A stretch of 64,000 nt of DNA from Azolla caroliniana (Eukaryota > Plantae > Polypodiophyta): contig JBHGNT010000013.1 in the NCBI GenBank assembly GCA_043228905.1, forward strand, positions 19,964,001-20,028,000, given 5' to 3'. Both the position numbers and the translations under genes were made by a program. A model generated the notes under the pieces. It ran no database searches and was not told where the DNA came from. It saw only the letters and a list, made by a program, of their open reading frames with translations. Shown in pieces: positions 23,922 to 37,859 of this stretch (the first letter of the stretch is position 1; each line of letters opens with the position of its first letter).

Positions 23922-25394
23922 TCAAGGTTCTCTTTTTGCTGCAGCACGCTCAGCCCGAATTTTCTCATACGATGTTGTTCGTGCACATTCCAAAATAGTC
24001 TGATCGGATACAATGAAATATGTAGCAACAGTTGCTGTTGAGTAAAGAATAAAGAATCAAGGCAAAGCATTAAACCAACTCATTGAACAAAATACTAATA
24101 AATATCAACATAAACACATAAACCTTGAATCCTGAACTACCTGCAGAAATTATCAAAGCTTGCGCAGTGTAGTTAAGGTGGGCTTTTGCCCATGGTATTG
24201 TTCTTACCCCAATCAGCTGCATGCCATCAACATGATGAATTATTATCTCATTACATAAAGAAATTGTGCACCCACGCATTCATTTAAACCTCACATCACA
24301 GAGGTGATTGATTTTTTCAATAAACGAATTAAGAGTTTTAATATAAGGTTATTACCGTTGGAATAGCAGATGCGACAAACGCAATTGATGCTGCCTTAGC
24401 ACCAGCCCGTACACCTTCTACATTGTCTCACAAATAAGAATATATTTTAGAGTTATAACTTATACTACGCCTAACAACCAAAGATAATTGATCACTTAAA
24501 CAAATATCAAGAATTGAAACAATGGGGTGTACGAGGAAAGAAGGACAATTTTGATATAACTACCACTTTCTTATCACTAATGCATGAATGAAAGAAACAA
24601 TCTGGACGGCATATCCATGCTTTGTAGGCTTTTTTTACAGCCTCTTTGCGGATTTTAAGAAAGCACTTGATACAACACCAAAAATCAACCTATAGGACAA
24701 AACAAAGAATATTTCCGCACCAAGTTACAACCAACACATTGTGATTCATACGCCAATCGTGACTCACTCATACAGCATGATACATTCATGTTGACCTAAG
24801 TACAAAAGTTTTCTTGATGTGTGTCTCCTTCCTAAGAAGGGATATTCATACTTTGAAGCACCAAGTCTCAATGTGTTGTGGATAAGGAAGATATTATCTA
24901 GAGAAATCTGAGGTAAAAGAATGTTATCAGTTGAAGAGAGCTTGGTTTATGAATTGTTCAGTTATAAAATGTTGGTGTGGAATCTGGAAGACATTTATGA
25001 TCTTGCTTCTCATATATGATACAATATCATGCATGGTCATAATAATTTATATCTAATCTTTCTGAGTTCAAAATATTTTTGGATCATACATCTGCTGAAT
25101 CACAGTTAACCTTGACTTTGAGGAGGCACTATGACTTGCCATTCCAAACAGTTTCTACACACCAGCATAATTTGTGCTGCTTTTCTCGTAGATCATGAGC
25201 TTCTATAGCCTCAAGCTCAGACCAATTAAATACCCAACTCTAAAGCTCTCTTCTTCTTACCTCACTGAATTGAGCTTGAGCCTCATTAAATTGCCACATT
25301 AGCACCAGGTAGAAGTGAAAATTATACATGTAACCATTTGGAAAAGACTGTCAACGATGCTTCTCTTTCATGCAAGTCATTTTGCAACCATGTC

Positions 25395-25442
<48 letters not shown>

Positions 25443-28015
25443 AAACTTGAAAGTTGAGTTGAACAAAACAAGATGCCATAAGTCACTCATGGATGACGGA
25501 GGCACATACTGAGCTACAGCATTGAGTTTTTACGTCTTATAAAGGCCCTGTTCTATATCTCTTCTCAAAGCTAACTTCCCCGCACTCTTTTCCCATATCC
25601 AGAAATCCTCATCAAAAACCTTCACTTGCATAGCTCTTGCTGAGAGTAAATGAAAACCCAAGTCAAGATCATAAAGAACCTCCATCCCACGTTTTCCATA
25701 AGTAATGAGACCAAGGCCACCAACACCAGAAAATGCCAAAGTTGTCACGACTGGAAACCTTTATAGTTGGAGTTATGATTCTTAAAACCTGAGACATGTG
25801 TTTGGAAGCACTATTGTCCACTTCTTGGGCGGAGTTGCAAGTAGTGTACTCCATAACAGCATTAGAACAAGTGCCATCAAATTTGGCATACCAAGACTTT
25901 TCTGCAGTCAAAGTATCAGCGTATTAACTGACTGTCAGTCGACGTATCTTTGATCAAAAACTTGGTCCCCAAATCTTTGAACATCAGATGGTATAAGTGA
26001 ACACAGCCTACCTAGACAAAAGAGGAGAATGAGAAGACATTCAAATCAAAGATGGTCCTGCTGCGATCTCAATAATGTATAGGGTACAATCCGAGAAACC
26101 ACTTCCTAAGTGGGTGAAGATACTTCAAGATGAACGGTTCCCACCAATCACCATAGAGACATAAAAATAATGCTAATATGAAATTTGCAATGCACTGAAA
26201 GAGCCACCCAAGGTGTGAATCATTCATTGTTTTCTGATCAAAATCACCAATGGAGGCTCCAATATCACGCATGAGTAATCAAACTTGAGACCTAGTTGAT
26301 CAGTGGTCGGCCTCAAGAATGGAAGTTGATGGCAACCAGATGAGTCAGGGAACCTGCACAAGGTGGATATGTCCCTCAAAAGGTCCAAAGCACAAGGTTG
26401 CACCCAAAGGAAGTGAGTGGGCTACGAGGAAACATCGAGTGGAAACTCGGGGGTAAAGCATCTGTGCAGTACTGAGGACTCCAATACCAGAAAAATATAC
26501 AATATGGTATGACATTTGTGTTCCTAAATGGACACCCCAAGGAGACTGGTTCACAAATTCCTTGCTTGCAACATTTCTGACGCCCTTCTCTAAGCAGTGT
26601 GCCACAAAGGACACGTTCATGGCCAATTGACGTGGTAGATATTTCCAAATTGTCAGTTTACTGAGTTCCTTTGCTGTGCAGCTTCATGTGCGCCTATCCA
26701 CTCCCTACATATGGTATTTTATACATATCGTGTGATCCTGGGTGCACTCTCACTGGGTGATGCAAATCTGATTAGGCCAGAAATCCTGACACACCACCCA
26801 ACTATTGGCATAGGTTTTCACCTCAGTTCATGGACTCTATCATGGCACATTGAGACAACATAGATCATATATTCTCTTTCTCTGCTCAATATTCACCAAA
26901 CTCACAATTTCTATGGTCCATGTGTGATCATTGGAAAGGCAATTTCGAGGCATTTCCTTTTCTTTCAATATGTATTTGTAAATTCTTTGAAGGGAACAAA
27001 ACTCTACTGGTAATCCTCGAGTTTCTAGAACCCTAACAAAGGATAGAGCGAGTACTCACCTTGAAATGGTGCAAGAAGAACTACATGGAAAATATAAATG
27101 TGAATATAATATTCTATTTATAATAAAGATTAAGGGAAAAAATTAATTAAATTGCTCACTATTGCTATCAGAGGTAAAGTGAGAAGAAAAAGCATTGCTT
27201 GCCATCTTCTACTTCATCATGGCTTTTTCTATTTTACAAAACCTTTCCAGTTATCACATAATAAAATTTCTTGATCCAAAAATGCATTAGACATATAGGG
27301 GCTCAGGACACAGCATCAAAAATGACAAATTTTAGCGATTAAATCTGTTTTGCTAATTCATCACTCTTAGAGATTTCAGAACACTGTGAGTTCATAAAGA
27401 GTATGCAATGCACCATCCACATCCATCGCATGAAAGCAGAATACATACACATCCATATACATAAATACACAATAGTGTGCATATAAACATACTGACGTCC
27501 ATATTTATCCATCTGTCTACATACGCATACACGTACACGTACACATGCATGTGCATGTGCATATCTAGATAGATAGATATAAATATATTGTGTGTGTATC
27601 ATATCTATTTGCCTATCTAGACACATACATAAATATAGAAATACATAGGAACAGATATATAGAGCAAGCTGTTCATCTGTAAAGTGTAGATCTTAAAAGA
27701 TCATATTAATATTGAGCAGAACCACTACATGCACCACCGTTAAACAACAACAAAATCATGAGGTGATATTTTCTCCCCCACAACAAAGACAACATAGAAG
27801 TCGAAACATAAAAATAAGAAACAGAACAAAAATAAGACATAATTCTCCCATACATATATAGAGAGAAATGCATGAATGTATATACATATACATATATAGC
27901 GCTAACCTTGTGTACAGTTTCTTGACGAAATTTCTTTGGTGGATTCACTGGGGGAAGAGATTAGGACAGTTTTCTGTGTCTGTTCATTCCAGCGATCTCT
28001 TGCGTTGGTCACCAT
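23922..28015 (-). CDS. ENOD93: Early nodulin-93 (ENOD93) family protein, 119 aa; exons 28015-27907, 24417-24356, 24216-24141, 24034-23922
   Basis: Manual splicing (all introns GT-AG, phases 1/0/1 consistent) gives MVTNARDRW...ISSPSE...RNCTQEGVRAGAKAASIAFVASAIPTLIGVRTIPWAKAHLNYTAQALIISAATVATYFIVSDQTILECARTTSYEK...REP*. This matches the ENOD93 consensus. Intron 1 is 3.5 kb. Confidence 0.92.
25397..25440. repeat. (AT)n microsatellite in ENOD93 intron 1
   Basis: Perfect dinucleotide run. Confidence 0.95.
25500..26900 (-). mobile_element. Probable heavily decayed retroelement remnant inside ENOD93 intron 1
   Basis: Trp-rich broken minus-strand ORFs (WSHYLWKTW, EPVSLGCPF) loosely resemble the L1 ORF2 at 49.8-52.5 kb. 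No diagnostic motif is intact. Confidence 0.3.
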
Positions 28016-28203
28016 ATCCTCTTGACAGAAGCAGGATTCAGAACACCGTCGTCCAAAAAAACAAATGTTGGGGAGGGAGAAAGCACGTTGGCTTTTTTCC
28101 GCTTAGGAAATGCAAAATTGTTGGCGGCTCTGTGGCAGTGCTATCTTGTCCACCTTTCTTTCTTTGACTCGGCCAAAAGACCCAAAGAGGAGAGGAACTT
28201 TGC

Positions 28204-28375
28204 TTGATACCAACTCCCCCCATCACTTGTTGGACATTTTGTCACAAATCTATTAGTACCACACTAATCATACAATTAAGAGAGCTCTTTTGATACCAAC
28301 TCCCTCCATCACTTGTTGGACATTTTGTCACAAATCTATTAGTACCACACTAATCATACAATTAAGAGAGCTCTT
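28204..28375. repeat. 86-bp near-perfect tandem duplication upstream of ENOD93
   Basis: ttgataccaactccc...aagagagctctt at 28204-28289 and 28290-28375, with one mismatch seen. Confidence 0.9.
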
Positions 28376-30824
28376 CCGACCGTGCAACATTTTCTTGATC
28401 TATATTCACCGAGCTCCTTGACATAATTCTTGGTATTCTAAATTGACGTTTCATCGTCACGGGATCGTTAGCACAACTGTTTTTTAAACCACCTAGAGCT
28501 CAACATTGTGCAAAGTTCAAACCATTGAAGCTCTTTCCTTTCTTTTTGTCGAGGAACTATTTAGAACCAAATACACGCAAGTAATCGACATGCATCGACT
28601 ACATACTTTCTCTCTTGGTTGCGTCGCTTGTTGCTCATACCAATTGAGCATAGTCTGGTGAAGCTTTTAGTGAGCATTTCAACGCGGCCTAATAATAAGT
28701 CATACTCATGCAACACCTTAAAAGGTTGAATGGAACTTTAGATTGTCTATTTGCATGACATAATTTGTAATTTGTGGAATTACTATCCCGATTTGTATTT
28801 AGTTGCAATTATACCTTGTTATCTTATTTTCTCTTTCGAATAATACATGGAATGAGAATCATTGTTGGTTTCTAAAGTAATAACACATATGTTCTCAAAA
28901 TTTTCTCTTGATATAAATGAGATTTACGTACAATGCCACCTCGAAAGAGCATTTTGTGACACCCAACACTTAATAGATGTTGGATTTGTAGGCCATAATT
29001 AGTTTTTTCAAATGACATTCAATATTCAACAAAAATAATTGTGTATCAATAAAATATATTTGGTCATCCAATGGCTTCCTACTTTGTGAGCTAAATATGT
29101 GATACACAATAGGAATTTCTCTTGCACTCTAGATTTTGCAATTTGAAGCATGAAAAACACAACTATGGTCATGAATATAGTTGAGACATTATATATCATG
29201 ACATAATCTTCACTTTCTCAACTTTATTTGAACTTTTTGGTTGAAGAATTGTGTTTCTTCCCATATTTATCAATGAATTTTTTAAATATTATTAGCATTG
29301 ATAACATTACGATTCCAATTCTAGCATGCAACAATAGGTAAAGGAAAAGAAATGAGGACATCATTTGGGTGTTTGGTTACATTGGGAAGGAGACACACAC
29401 ATGCATACATACACACATAGAGCTCTCGTCTAGTTGTTTAAGTTAAGTAGGACTACAAAGGCTTTGACATGTTTCTACAATGCTTTAGTCCTTTTCATAG
29501 TAGAGTGACCACAAAAACCTTACATTCTCAACCTTTTGTCTCTTACGCCCCTCTTTTCCTTCTATACAAATATGCATCCTTGGTAAGAATTCAATGTGAA
29601 CAGTGTGAGACATTAACATGATATGCTAGATCACAAGGGAAAAGTGCTCAAACTCATTAGTATGGAGATAAAGTCTAAGGAAAGAACAAATAGCAAGTTG
29701 GAAAATGAACAAAAGCATGAGGGTGTGAAAGTTCAAAATCCAACACAAAGAGAAATCAAGTTCTTTTGTAGATTTTTGTGCGCTAAGAGACCTAGGGAGT
29801 AAGGGAATAAGGAAAACAAACGCCTCATTTCTAGTAATTATAATTTCGATTAATGAAGAATTATATTTGAAGTAATTGGGTCTCAACCTAAGTTGGTGAT
29901 GAGAGGAGTGCTAGGAGTGAAAGGGGAGCATAAAGTAAAAAGGCTATGAAAAACCAAACTAATGGGCAAGATGTCTCTCTTGGTTGATAATCCATGTGGT
30001 TTCCTCACACTATCACGTGCATATACATGTTTTCATGACAGCATGAAGCGTACAACAAGCACTTAACAACATGCTCACATTGTCATATCATTATTACCTC
30101 ACAACCAAGTTTGGGTGCTTAGTGTAAGAGATGTAGATGTTGTTCAAAGACTTGCAAGTCTAAGCGAGTGTCAAAATATGCCTAGAAAGACAATGAGCTA
30201 TCTCAATGAGTTCAACGACGAAAAATAGATCTATTATATTTGCAACAAGAAGTGTCGAGAACAAACTCTCCAAAGAAACCAAAGATCAATCTTCCAAAGG
30301 TCAATGGTATGTGGTTTTAGATCCAACCATTATTGAAAAAACTGCATCTAGTTATCCCGATACATCTTATCAATACCCAGCCAATGTTGCTCAATTTGAG
30401 TTAGTCAAAAATTTGCTAACCTCCGTGACATTAACATGGTTTACATCATTACTTGATAAGGGTCATTCATTGCTAGAAAATTTTAATGGTTTTATTAGAA
30501 AATTTAAAGCAAACCTTGAAGTTATTGCTACAATGACGATGATGACAAACAAGATCGGAAAATTATAACAAGTAGATTGCACTACTTCAACGTACATGAT
30601 AGACTCATCTTATTGCATGTGATATTCAGTGGGACAAAGAAGCATGAATGGATCAAGCCCGTCGTTGGTTATTTCCTTCTTACCTTTCGTGAAGATCTCA
30701 AGTTGTTTCCAAAAGCAAGTAGTCAAGTTATGAAGTGTGATAATCACTTATTCGCGCAACATTTTAAGCGCCCAAAAATGTTACAACTAGCTGGAAGCAA
30801 ATATATGCTTTTATGGCATATGCA

Positions 30825-31142
30825 TAGCAATGGGTCCGATTCGGTTCGGTTTTTTGGCCTTGAAACCAAACCAAACCAAACCACTTATTAATGAAAAAAC
30901 CAAACCAAACCGGTTTAGGATTTATTATTATTTAGGGTTAGAGGGAAATTTTAGGATTATTATTTTTAAACCTTTAAACCGAAACGATAAACTTATAAGC
31001 CTTTAAACCGTTAAACCGAGCCGAACCGAATAGTATACTTTGAAATCAAACCAAACTAATTATATTAACTTTGAACCGATAAACCATTAAGCCACGACTT
31101 AGCGGTTTGGTTCGGTTCGAGTTGAAACCGGGCCTATTGCTA
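30825..31142. mobile_element. Non-autonomous hAT element (MITE), complete
   Basis: TIRs TAGCAATGGG / CCTATTGCTA. Perfect 8-bp TSD CATATGCA at 30817-30824 and 31143-31150. Confidence 0.92.
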
Positions 31143-31804
31143 CATATGCATCAACTTTGACGCATGTGCGAGAAACAAAATCTGTGTTGATAGATGTCCC
31201 CACTCTGATAGAGATCATAACAACACATTATCAAGGGCCCTTGTCTAGTGTTGATAAGCAACAGGTCTTGCGAACCTTTAAAACGCGGCAAGTCTAGGAG
31301 TACATAACCTAGTTGTTATTAGTTGTGGAGATTGAACCACTACAATTGTATGACATCCATCATCTTCTATTGCTACATAAAGTGCCATTCCTTTACGGTC
31401 ATCAAGTGTTGTTTGTCCTGGTTTTGAACAATGTAAATTGTAAACAATTGTTACCTAGAGGCTAGAACCAAGATATTGAGGTATCTATGGGAGATTATCC
31501 TTTAAACACAATTTGTAATATTACAACAAAGGACATGTACTTACTCAGTAATGCAAAACCAATCATACCACATAATATTGATCACACACATTAATATATC
31601 ACAATTGATCTCCCATGGACATTTAAAATATATGTCTCTCCGCTTTTATAACCAACTAAAGAAGTGGACCTCAAACAAAAGTGTATCATTATTCCTAACT
31701 TGCCCTGTTTATTATTTGCTATGTTTGATGTCCTTGAGGCGTTGCTTTTTTAATATACACTCTCTATTTATCATTAAGGATGCCATTATGTTCATATTTA
31801 CAGC

Positions 31805-32528
31805 CATAGATTGACACATGCATGATATTCATCATATTCTCCATGCGTGGTATTCTCAATATTCGAGAATACAAAATGGCCCTAAGAATATTTAAAAACC
31901 ATTCGTTTTGTAAAATAAATATACAAAAAAATAAATAATTAATTAATTTAAAAATAAATCAATTTAATTCACTAAAAAAAGAACAATTATTCATTAATAA
32001 ATTATAAAAATATGATTAGTATAAACTCTCCTTTCTAGTGTCAAAAAAAAAGAGAGGAGAGTTTATGAACCTTTATTTTATTTAAATAATTGATTTTTTT
32101 ATTTGAAAAAAACGAATATTTTTATTTTTACTATGAAAACATGATTAATGTGAAGTCTCAATTTTAATGTCAGGTAAAAATATCCATAAATTTTGGGAAA
32201 AGAAAAGGTGAAGAATTAATGAACCTTTATTTTATTTTATTTATTTATTAAAAATAAAACGAAAAATTATTTTATTTTATTTATTTATTTAGTAAAGAAT
32301 CAAGATCTCCAATGAAAATTTATTACCGTCAAGTCTCTCTCAACTCTCTATTTTATTATCCCCTTTTTATTGTCAAGTACCACTTTTTTTCCTAAGAAAC
32401 TAAAAGGAGGGAGTTCATCTCCTTTTTTTATCTTTGTTTTTTAAAACGAATACTTGACCACACAAATGTATGCGTATTCGTTTGCATTCGAATGGAAAAT
32501 CCCACGAATGTGAATATGTTGATCTATG
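31805..32528. mobile_element. Non-autonomous hAT element (second MITE family), complete
   Basis: TIRs CATAGATTGACACATGCA / TGAATATGTTGATCTATG. Perfect 8-bp TSD TTTACAGC at 31797-31804 and 32529-32536. Very AT-rich interior with GAATA/TATTC subterminal motifs. Confidence 0.88.
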
Positions 32529-33649
32529 TTTACAGCAATGGCCTTTAGACAAATGATAATATGCATTCTTGTTGGATGGCTAGCATAATGATAAAACATA
32601 TTTAAATTGTTGGAATTTCTCTAGTAATCAACATAACTCATGTTAGACATTGCTTAAAAAATTAACACGAACGCAATACATTTTGGAAGTGCTTATTATT
32701 TTTTGATCCATGCAAACTCCAAATTTTGTAATAAAAATGTCATACTTGTCAGAACTTGATGGAATGGAGTATGTGAACTCCCATCATCATGATTCATGAA
32801 CCTTGTTCTTTTCATGCAAATGACCTTAAATGGCTTCTATTTTACCTTGCCACATCCCTATAGTAAGGTTGATATTTACCTCTTTAGCTCTTATGAGCTC
32901 ATTTCCTAGTCATCGATGTTGCTTTTCAACTAAATCTCCCGCAAACAATGTGCCTACATCCACATTTCATGTTTCTTTGTTGGATCCATTTACAAGTAAT
33001 CCTTCCCCAATTGAGGTTGATATTTCATGACCAATTTTGGGTTAAGGAGTTTTTTAGTTTATTGGCTTTCTTTCCCCCGATCGACATCTATATTACTTCA
33101 CCTAATGGAAAGATATTATCCAATTGATAGTATATGGGAACCTTTTGAGAATTTGGTTAATGCTCCTGATCCAAAATGTCATTGACTACAATGATCATTG
33201 ATTGGACATCTAGAACACTCTAACTACCTACAATTTGATTGATCTTAGGCCAAAAGTAGACCTTTGTTGTTGGTCATTCAATAGACGTTGTATATCATAA
33301 TTATTGGTTTAAGAAGGCAAAGTTAATGGACCCGTCAAGGGTAATGAGGGGTAGTGAAAATGCCCCGAGCCAACATCCAATCATTGGGTGCTACAACATC
33401 GAAGTAACCCACGCCACACTCCTAAGAAAAGTGTGAATGACTTTTGACAAGTGGGTACCTGTACCCGAAACTGACACAAGTGGGTAGGTAGAAAATACCT
33501 AGAGGCGTTATTTCTGCTTGCAAGGAAGGTCAACGAATAACGACGCGGAACTTTTAAAATACCTGGAAGTCCAAAGTTTTTGTTAAAGACGATAGGTAAA
33601 CATCTATGGGTAGACGCTAAAAATGCTTGTTTCATGGCCTTAGAGATAA

Positions 33650-35200
33650 GGATTCTTTCTTGAGTTATGATGTTTTACAAGATGGACAATTAGTGTTGAT
33701 CCCCCCTAAAAGATGAATGTCTCATTGAGGCTACAATAAAACCCATTAGAATTCTAGCCAAGGTAGATAAGATTTGGATCCTAGACCTTGATCCTAATGT
33801 TGTTCATCCATGGTGGGATCTATGGATAGTGGGCAAAAAACCATTATGTGAATTGGAATGGGATCCAGGCGAATGGAAGTGGTTACCTACATCATATTTT
33901 GGGGAGGATGTTAGGCCGAAGCTGTTTTTTCAATATTCGGTTCGATTGGGAAGGGAGATGTTACGACGTAGGATACCTCATTGGCTGACAGCAGCTACAA
34001 CATGGTTGAGTTATAATGTTGATTCTACTCATATGACAACATTTTGGAAATGGCTATGGGCTATGCAAATTCCAAAGAAGATTATTTTATTTAGATGGTT
34101 GATTGTTCATTATGCGGTTCCTGTTAGGGTTTGGATGCATTGTAAGGATGTCGATCAAATGTGTGATTTTTGTGGATTAGAGATGGAGTCTCTTCATCAC
34201 CTATTATGGTCATGTATGGCAGCTAAATTGGTTTGGAAAAGGATATTACGTTTATTGCATGAAGTATATGGCTCTAGAGTATATAAATGGGGAGCAATGA
34301 TGTGGGCTGCTATTAAGGGTAAGGTACAAGATTATGAACAAGAAAAGGTTACATTTGCATTGCATACAAGAGGTCGATATGTTGAGGAAGTGTTACCGTG
34401 TATGCATAGTAATTCAATACAAATTGGGGTGGTTTGGAAGACTATTAGTTCCATAACATTGTGGGTTTTGTAGACTAGTAGATGTCGAAAGATATTTCAG
34501 CAAATTCAATGGAATGTTGTGGATGTAGTCAAGGAGATTTGGTTTACCTTGGTGCATACACTAAAAGGAGAGTATGACGCTATCAAGAGTGATTCAGATG
34601 TAGTCCTTCGAAAGAAAGAGGTTTTTAAGAAGACATGGGAAAGGATGAATGTATTTTACATGGTTAATTCTTGTTTACGTTGGAGATATCTATTAGAGAT
34701 CTAAGTACTAAAGTAAGCTTAAGATAAGGATAAAGTAATGATAGATAGAAAGGAGAAAGAGAAAGAAGGGTGCCGATCCACCCGACCACCCCCGAGCGAA
34801 GGGATAGAGACGGACTCGAGCCTCGATTGGCGTCCCATACCACCGTCGTGGCGTCGAGTCGTACCTGGTGCTGGCGTGCTTGCTACAAGAGTTCACCCAC
34901 CACAAGAGCAGAGTCACGATGTAGTAAAAAAGATCCTCAAATGAGGGTAGCTAGGCCTCTTATTTATAGCGATACCCAAGGCCCCCAGGCAAGTTCACAC
35001 TTGACCTAATGGGTTGTCTCAATCCCGAGGATTAAAAGTAATCCTCCCCTTCTTTACACTCTCGTTTAACCCTCACACTTATCCACGTGTATAGAATACT
35101 ACGGTAAATTCTCACCACGGGATATTAAATGGTCATGCCCGTAACAGTATCAACCACCTCTCTGGGTATTTCCTCCACCGATATGAGACATGGGGATATG
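33650..35200 (+). mobile_element. L1-like LINE 3' fragment (zf-RVT-like region), split by a solo LTR
   Basis: LEWDPGEWKW...FFQYSVRLG...WKWLWAMQIPKKIILFRWLIVH...CDFC...ESLHHLLWSC, homologous to 51656-52285. The frame RWRY|QPPLWVFP resumes after the insertion. Confidence 0.8.
34691..35146 (-). mobile_element. Solo LTR (456 bp)
   Basis: Termini TATTAG...GTAACA (decayed TG...CA). 5-bp TSD ATATC/GTATC. It precisely interrupts the LINE reading frame. TATA-like GCTATAAATA on the minus strand at ~34961-34970. Confidence 0.7.
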
Positions 35201-36592
35201 TTAACTGTTATTGGTACTGTCTTAGGAGTTATGTATGTCAATGGCAGTCTATGAGTAGTTGAAAAGAAAGAAATAATTGAGATTTTGTGCAATCTCATTC
35301 GAGACTTATTTTCTGGTTTGGTGATATCAAAAGAAATTATGGCAAGGAAAAGGATAAGAAGTGAAATCTGAAAACGGGATTTGGAACATACTCTTGTAAT
35401 CGCTAAAATACTAAATGGTATGTATGCATAATCCCATTTCTTATTATAAGATGAATGGAGTCATTGAAATAGGTGGAGAGGGATGCTCTTATGTGTGCAT
35501 TCGGAAGAAGTCCGTTTCTTTTTATGTGATGGATGGTGTCATGACGCACTGTTGATGTGCAAGCAACATGTGGAAGGTTATTAGATGCATATAAATTGTT
35601 CGAAGGGCTGAGATCCCTTAAAGTGGGTGTTGATCACATGGTTGTACATGACAACATGTTCATATATGTTGGAATCATGGATCGAAGCATACAAAATGAC
35701 CTCTATACCATAATGATTTGATTGAGTTTTACGTTGAATATGGAAAATAGAGGATGTTTGGTCATTGTAAATGTGGGGGTATATTGGATGCATGTGATGA
35801 CCCAAAGGTGGTATCGGGAGATGTTGAATATGAACATGATGAGGAAGATTGATTTGGTTTGAACATATGCAAATTCATGGTATGTTTCAACTATTGAGGA
35901 AGTGTTCAATCAAATCTATCAAACGAAGGATTCATGGCTAGCTATTGTCTTACACAAGACGGTTTGGGGAAGGATAATCATCTCCTTTCCATTATTTTGT
36001 ATTTTGTAGCTGACATGGTTATTTTAAACTAATGGAAGGATATGTTTTAAAAAAAATAGAAGTTTGTTTCATTGTCACCACCAATAATTATAAAGGGGCC
36101 AAATAGAATAGGATCAAATAATATAATAGGTGAGTATCATCATATTATGCAAGGAATTAAGTTATAGTCAACCTCATCAAGTATGAGGATATGTAGAAGG
36201 ATATGAAACATGGCTTGAGGGTGGGTGATGTTGTAAAAGCACGAAAAATATGTTGCAACAAAGAGAACAAATTAGCGGATAGACAACACATTGTATGACC
36301 ACAACCAACATTTGTGGATACAAGTACTCCAACTCTAGCTCCATATCATTGTCCTAAAGGGAGGATGTTGCGACCTTACAAATACCATTTTGTCAAATTA
36401 TCTCCAATGCCAATGGATCCGTAGGAAAGCAACGGTGCATCTAATATAACATAGAATTATCTCATATGGATATGGATTTAATTTAGCATGGTGATCTCCA
36501 TACTATACATAGGAACCAACTCAAACATTGGTTTACAAGCTCAATTTGACAATAGTTGCGAATCATTATTGTTGAGTTTCCATCATTATGTT

Positions 36593-37022
36593 TAACAATC
36601 AACAACGATTCGGTTCAGTTTGAGAGGTTCAAAACCGAACCATTTAATTTTTTTGAATCCTGAACCAAACCGAACCACAAAACCATTTAACCGAACCGTT
36701 AAACATTTTCAAACTGTTAAACCATTAAAACCGCGGTTTCGTGGTTCGGTTTCGGTTTTCAACTTAGGTCAAATTTAAATTATTAAATTTTAAAGATGTT
36801 CCTAAAATGCGAGAATAAGGTCTAAAAATGAAATAACTGTTTAAAACAATTTTTTTAATTTTAAAAAATAAAAAATAAAAAACCGTTTAAACCGTGATTT
36901 TTGACTGTTGAAACCGAACCGAACCGTTTTAAAAAAACCTAAACCTAAAACGAACCGGTTGAACCGTTAAGCCGCGGTTTCGGAGTTCGGTTCGGTTCAA
37001 ACCGAACTGTTGCCTATTGGTA
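36593..37022. mobile_element. Non-autonomous hAT element (MITE), complete
   Basis: Termini TAACAATCAACAACG / CTGTTGCCTATTGGTA. Perfect 8-bp TSD ATTATGTT at 36585-36592 and 37023-37030. AACCG arrays. Confidence 0.9.
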
Positions 37023-37717
37023 ATTATGTTGCACCATATGTGGCATTGTACATGTCATGAATATATTTGTTGATTCCTTTGGAGTATATCATGTTCATTT
37101 ATTTATTACAAATTGATAGTTTGATGACAAATTCATTATGCCTTGCACATGTAAAAACATTCTCAAATAACGCTATAAGTTAGCATCAATTATATGAAAT
37201 CAATAACAAGTATTTGAAGGAATTACTCAAATGAATGAAAATTACATATACATATATCTCAAAAATGCATTAAAGGTCAAAGTCAAAAGTGCTTGTTATT
37301 GCATCCTTAGAATAATAGATACATAGTTCATCATGTACATCACGTAGAGTTCTCCAAAATGTATGATTGATCCCACTATCATCGCTAAAATGTGGGTTCA
37401 AATTTTTTAATCTTAGCTTGAATCAAATATAGTCCACATTGCAGGACCTCTATATGATACTCCATGTTAACTAGGAACCTTTTAAATATGAATATTCCTT
37501 AAATAATGTCGTCCTAAATGTAAAAGCATAAAAAATAGCAATATATTGAATTCTCACACTATATTTATATGTATCCGTAGTTGCCCTCAAAGGTTCGAAG
37601 TCTCGCTATAGACATAGCCAACAAATTTGCTTTTCAATTAGTTTGACAAGATTTTGCTAATCACTTTATCATTAAGTTAATCCATTGTTAAATAGAAAAT
37701 AATTGGAATAATGTACA

Positions 37718-37859
37718 AGTTTATTATGTTTATAAATAAAAATACATTGTTTGGTATAACTGAGTTGAGAATTTGTAGAAAATCAAATTGAGTTTATTAT
37801 GTTTATAAATAAAAATACATTGTTTGGTATAATTGAGTTGAGAATTTGTAGACAATCAA
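37718..37859. repeat. 73-bp tandem duplication
   Basis: agtttattatgtttataaataaaaatacattg...gaatttgtaga(a/c)aatcaa occurs twice. Confidence 0.85.

Larger units (their letters stand above)
30180..33200 (+). mobile_element. Decayed Ty3/gypsy chromovirus remnant (gag ... integrase C-terminus/chromodomain), interrupted by two MITEs
   Basis: Gag-like WFTSLLDKGHSLLENFNGFIRKFK at 30.4 kb, FHVSLLDPF at 32.96 kb, and chromodomain motif DSIWEPFENLVNAP at 33.13 kb. RT was not recognisable. Confidence 0.7.

Noticed and set aside
27060-27085. Strong minus-strand donor (aag|gtgagt) inside ENOD93 intron 1
   Set aside because: The ENOD93 protein is complete and consensus-like without it; no support without transcript data.
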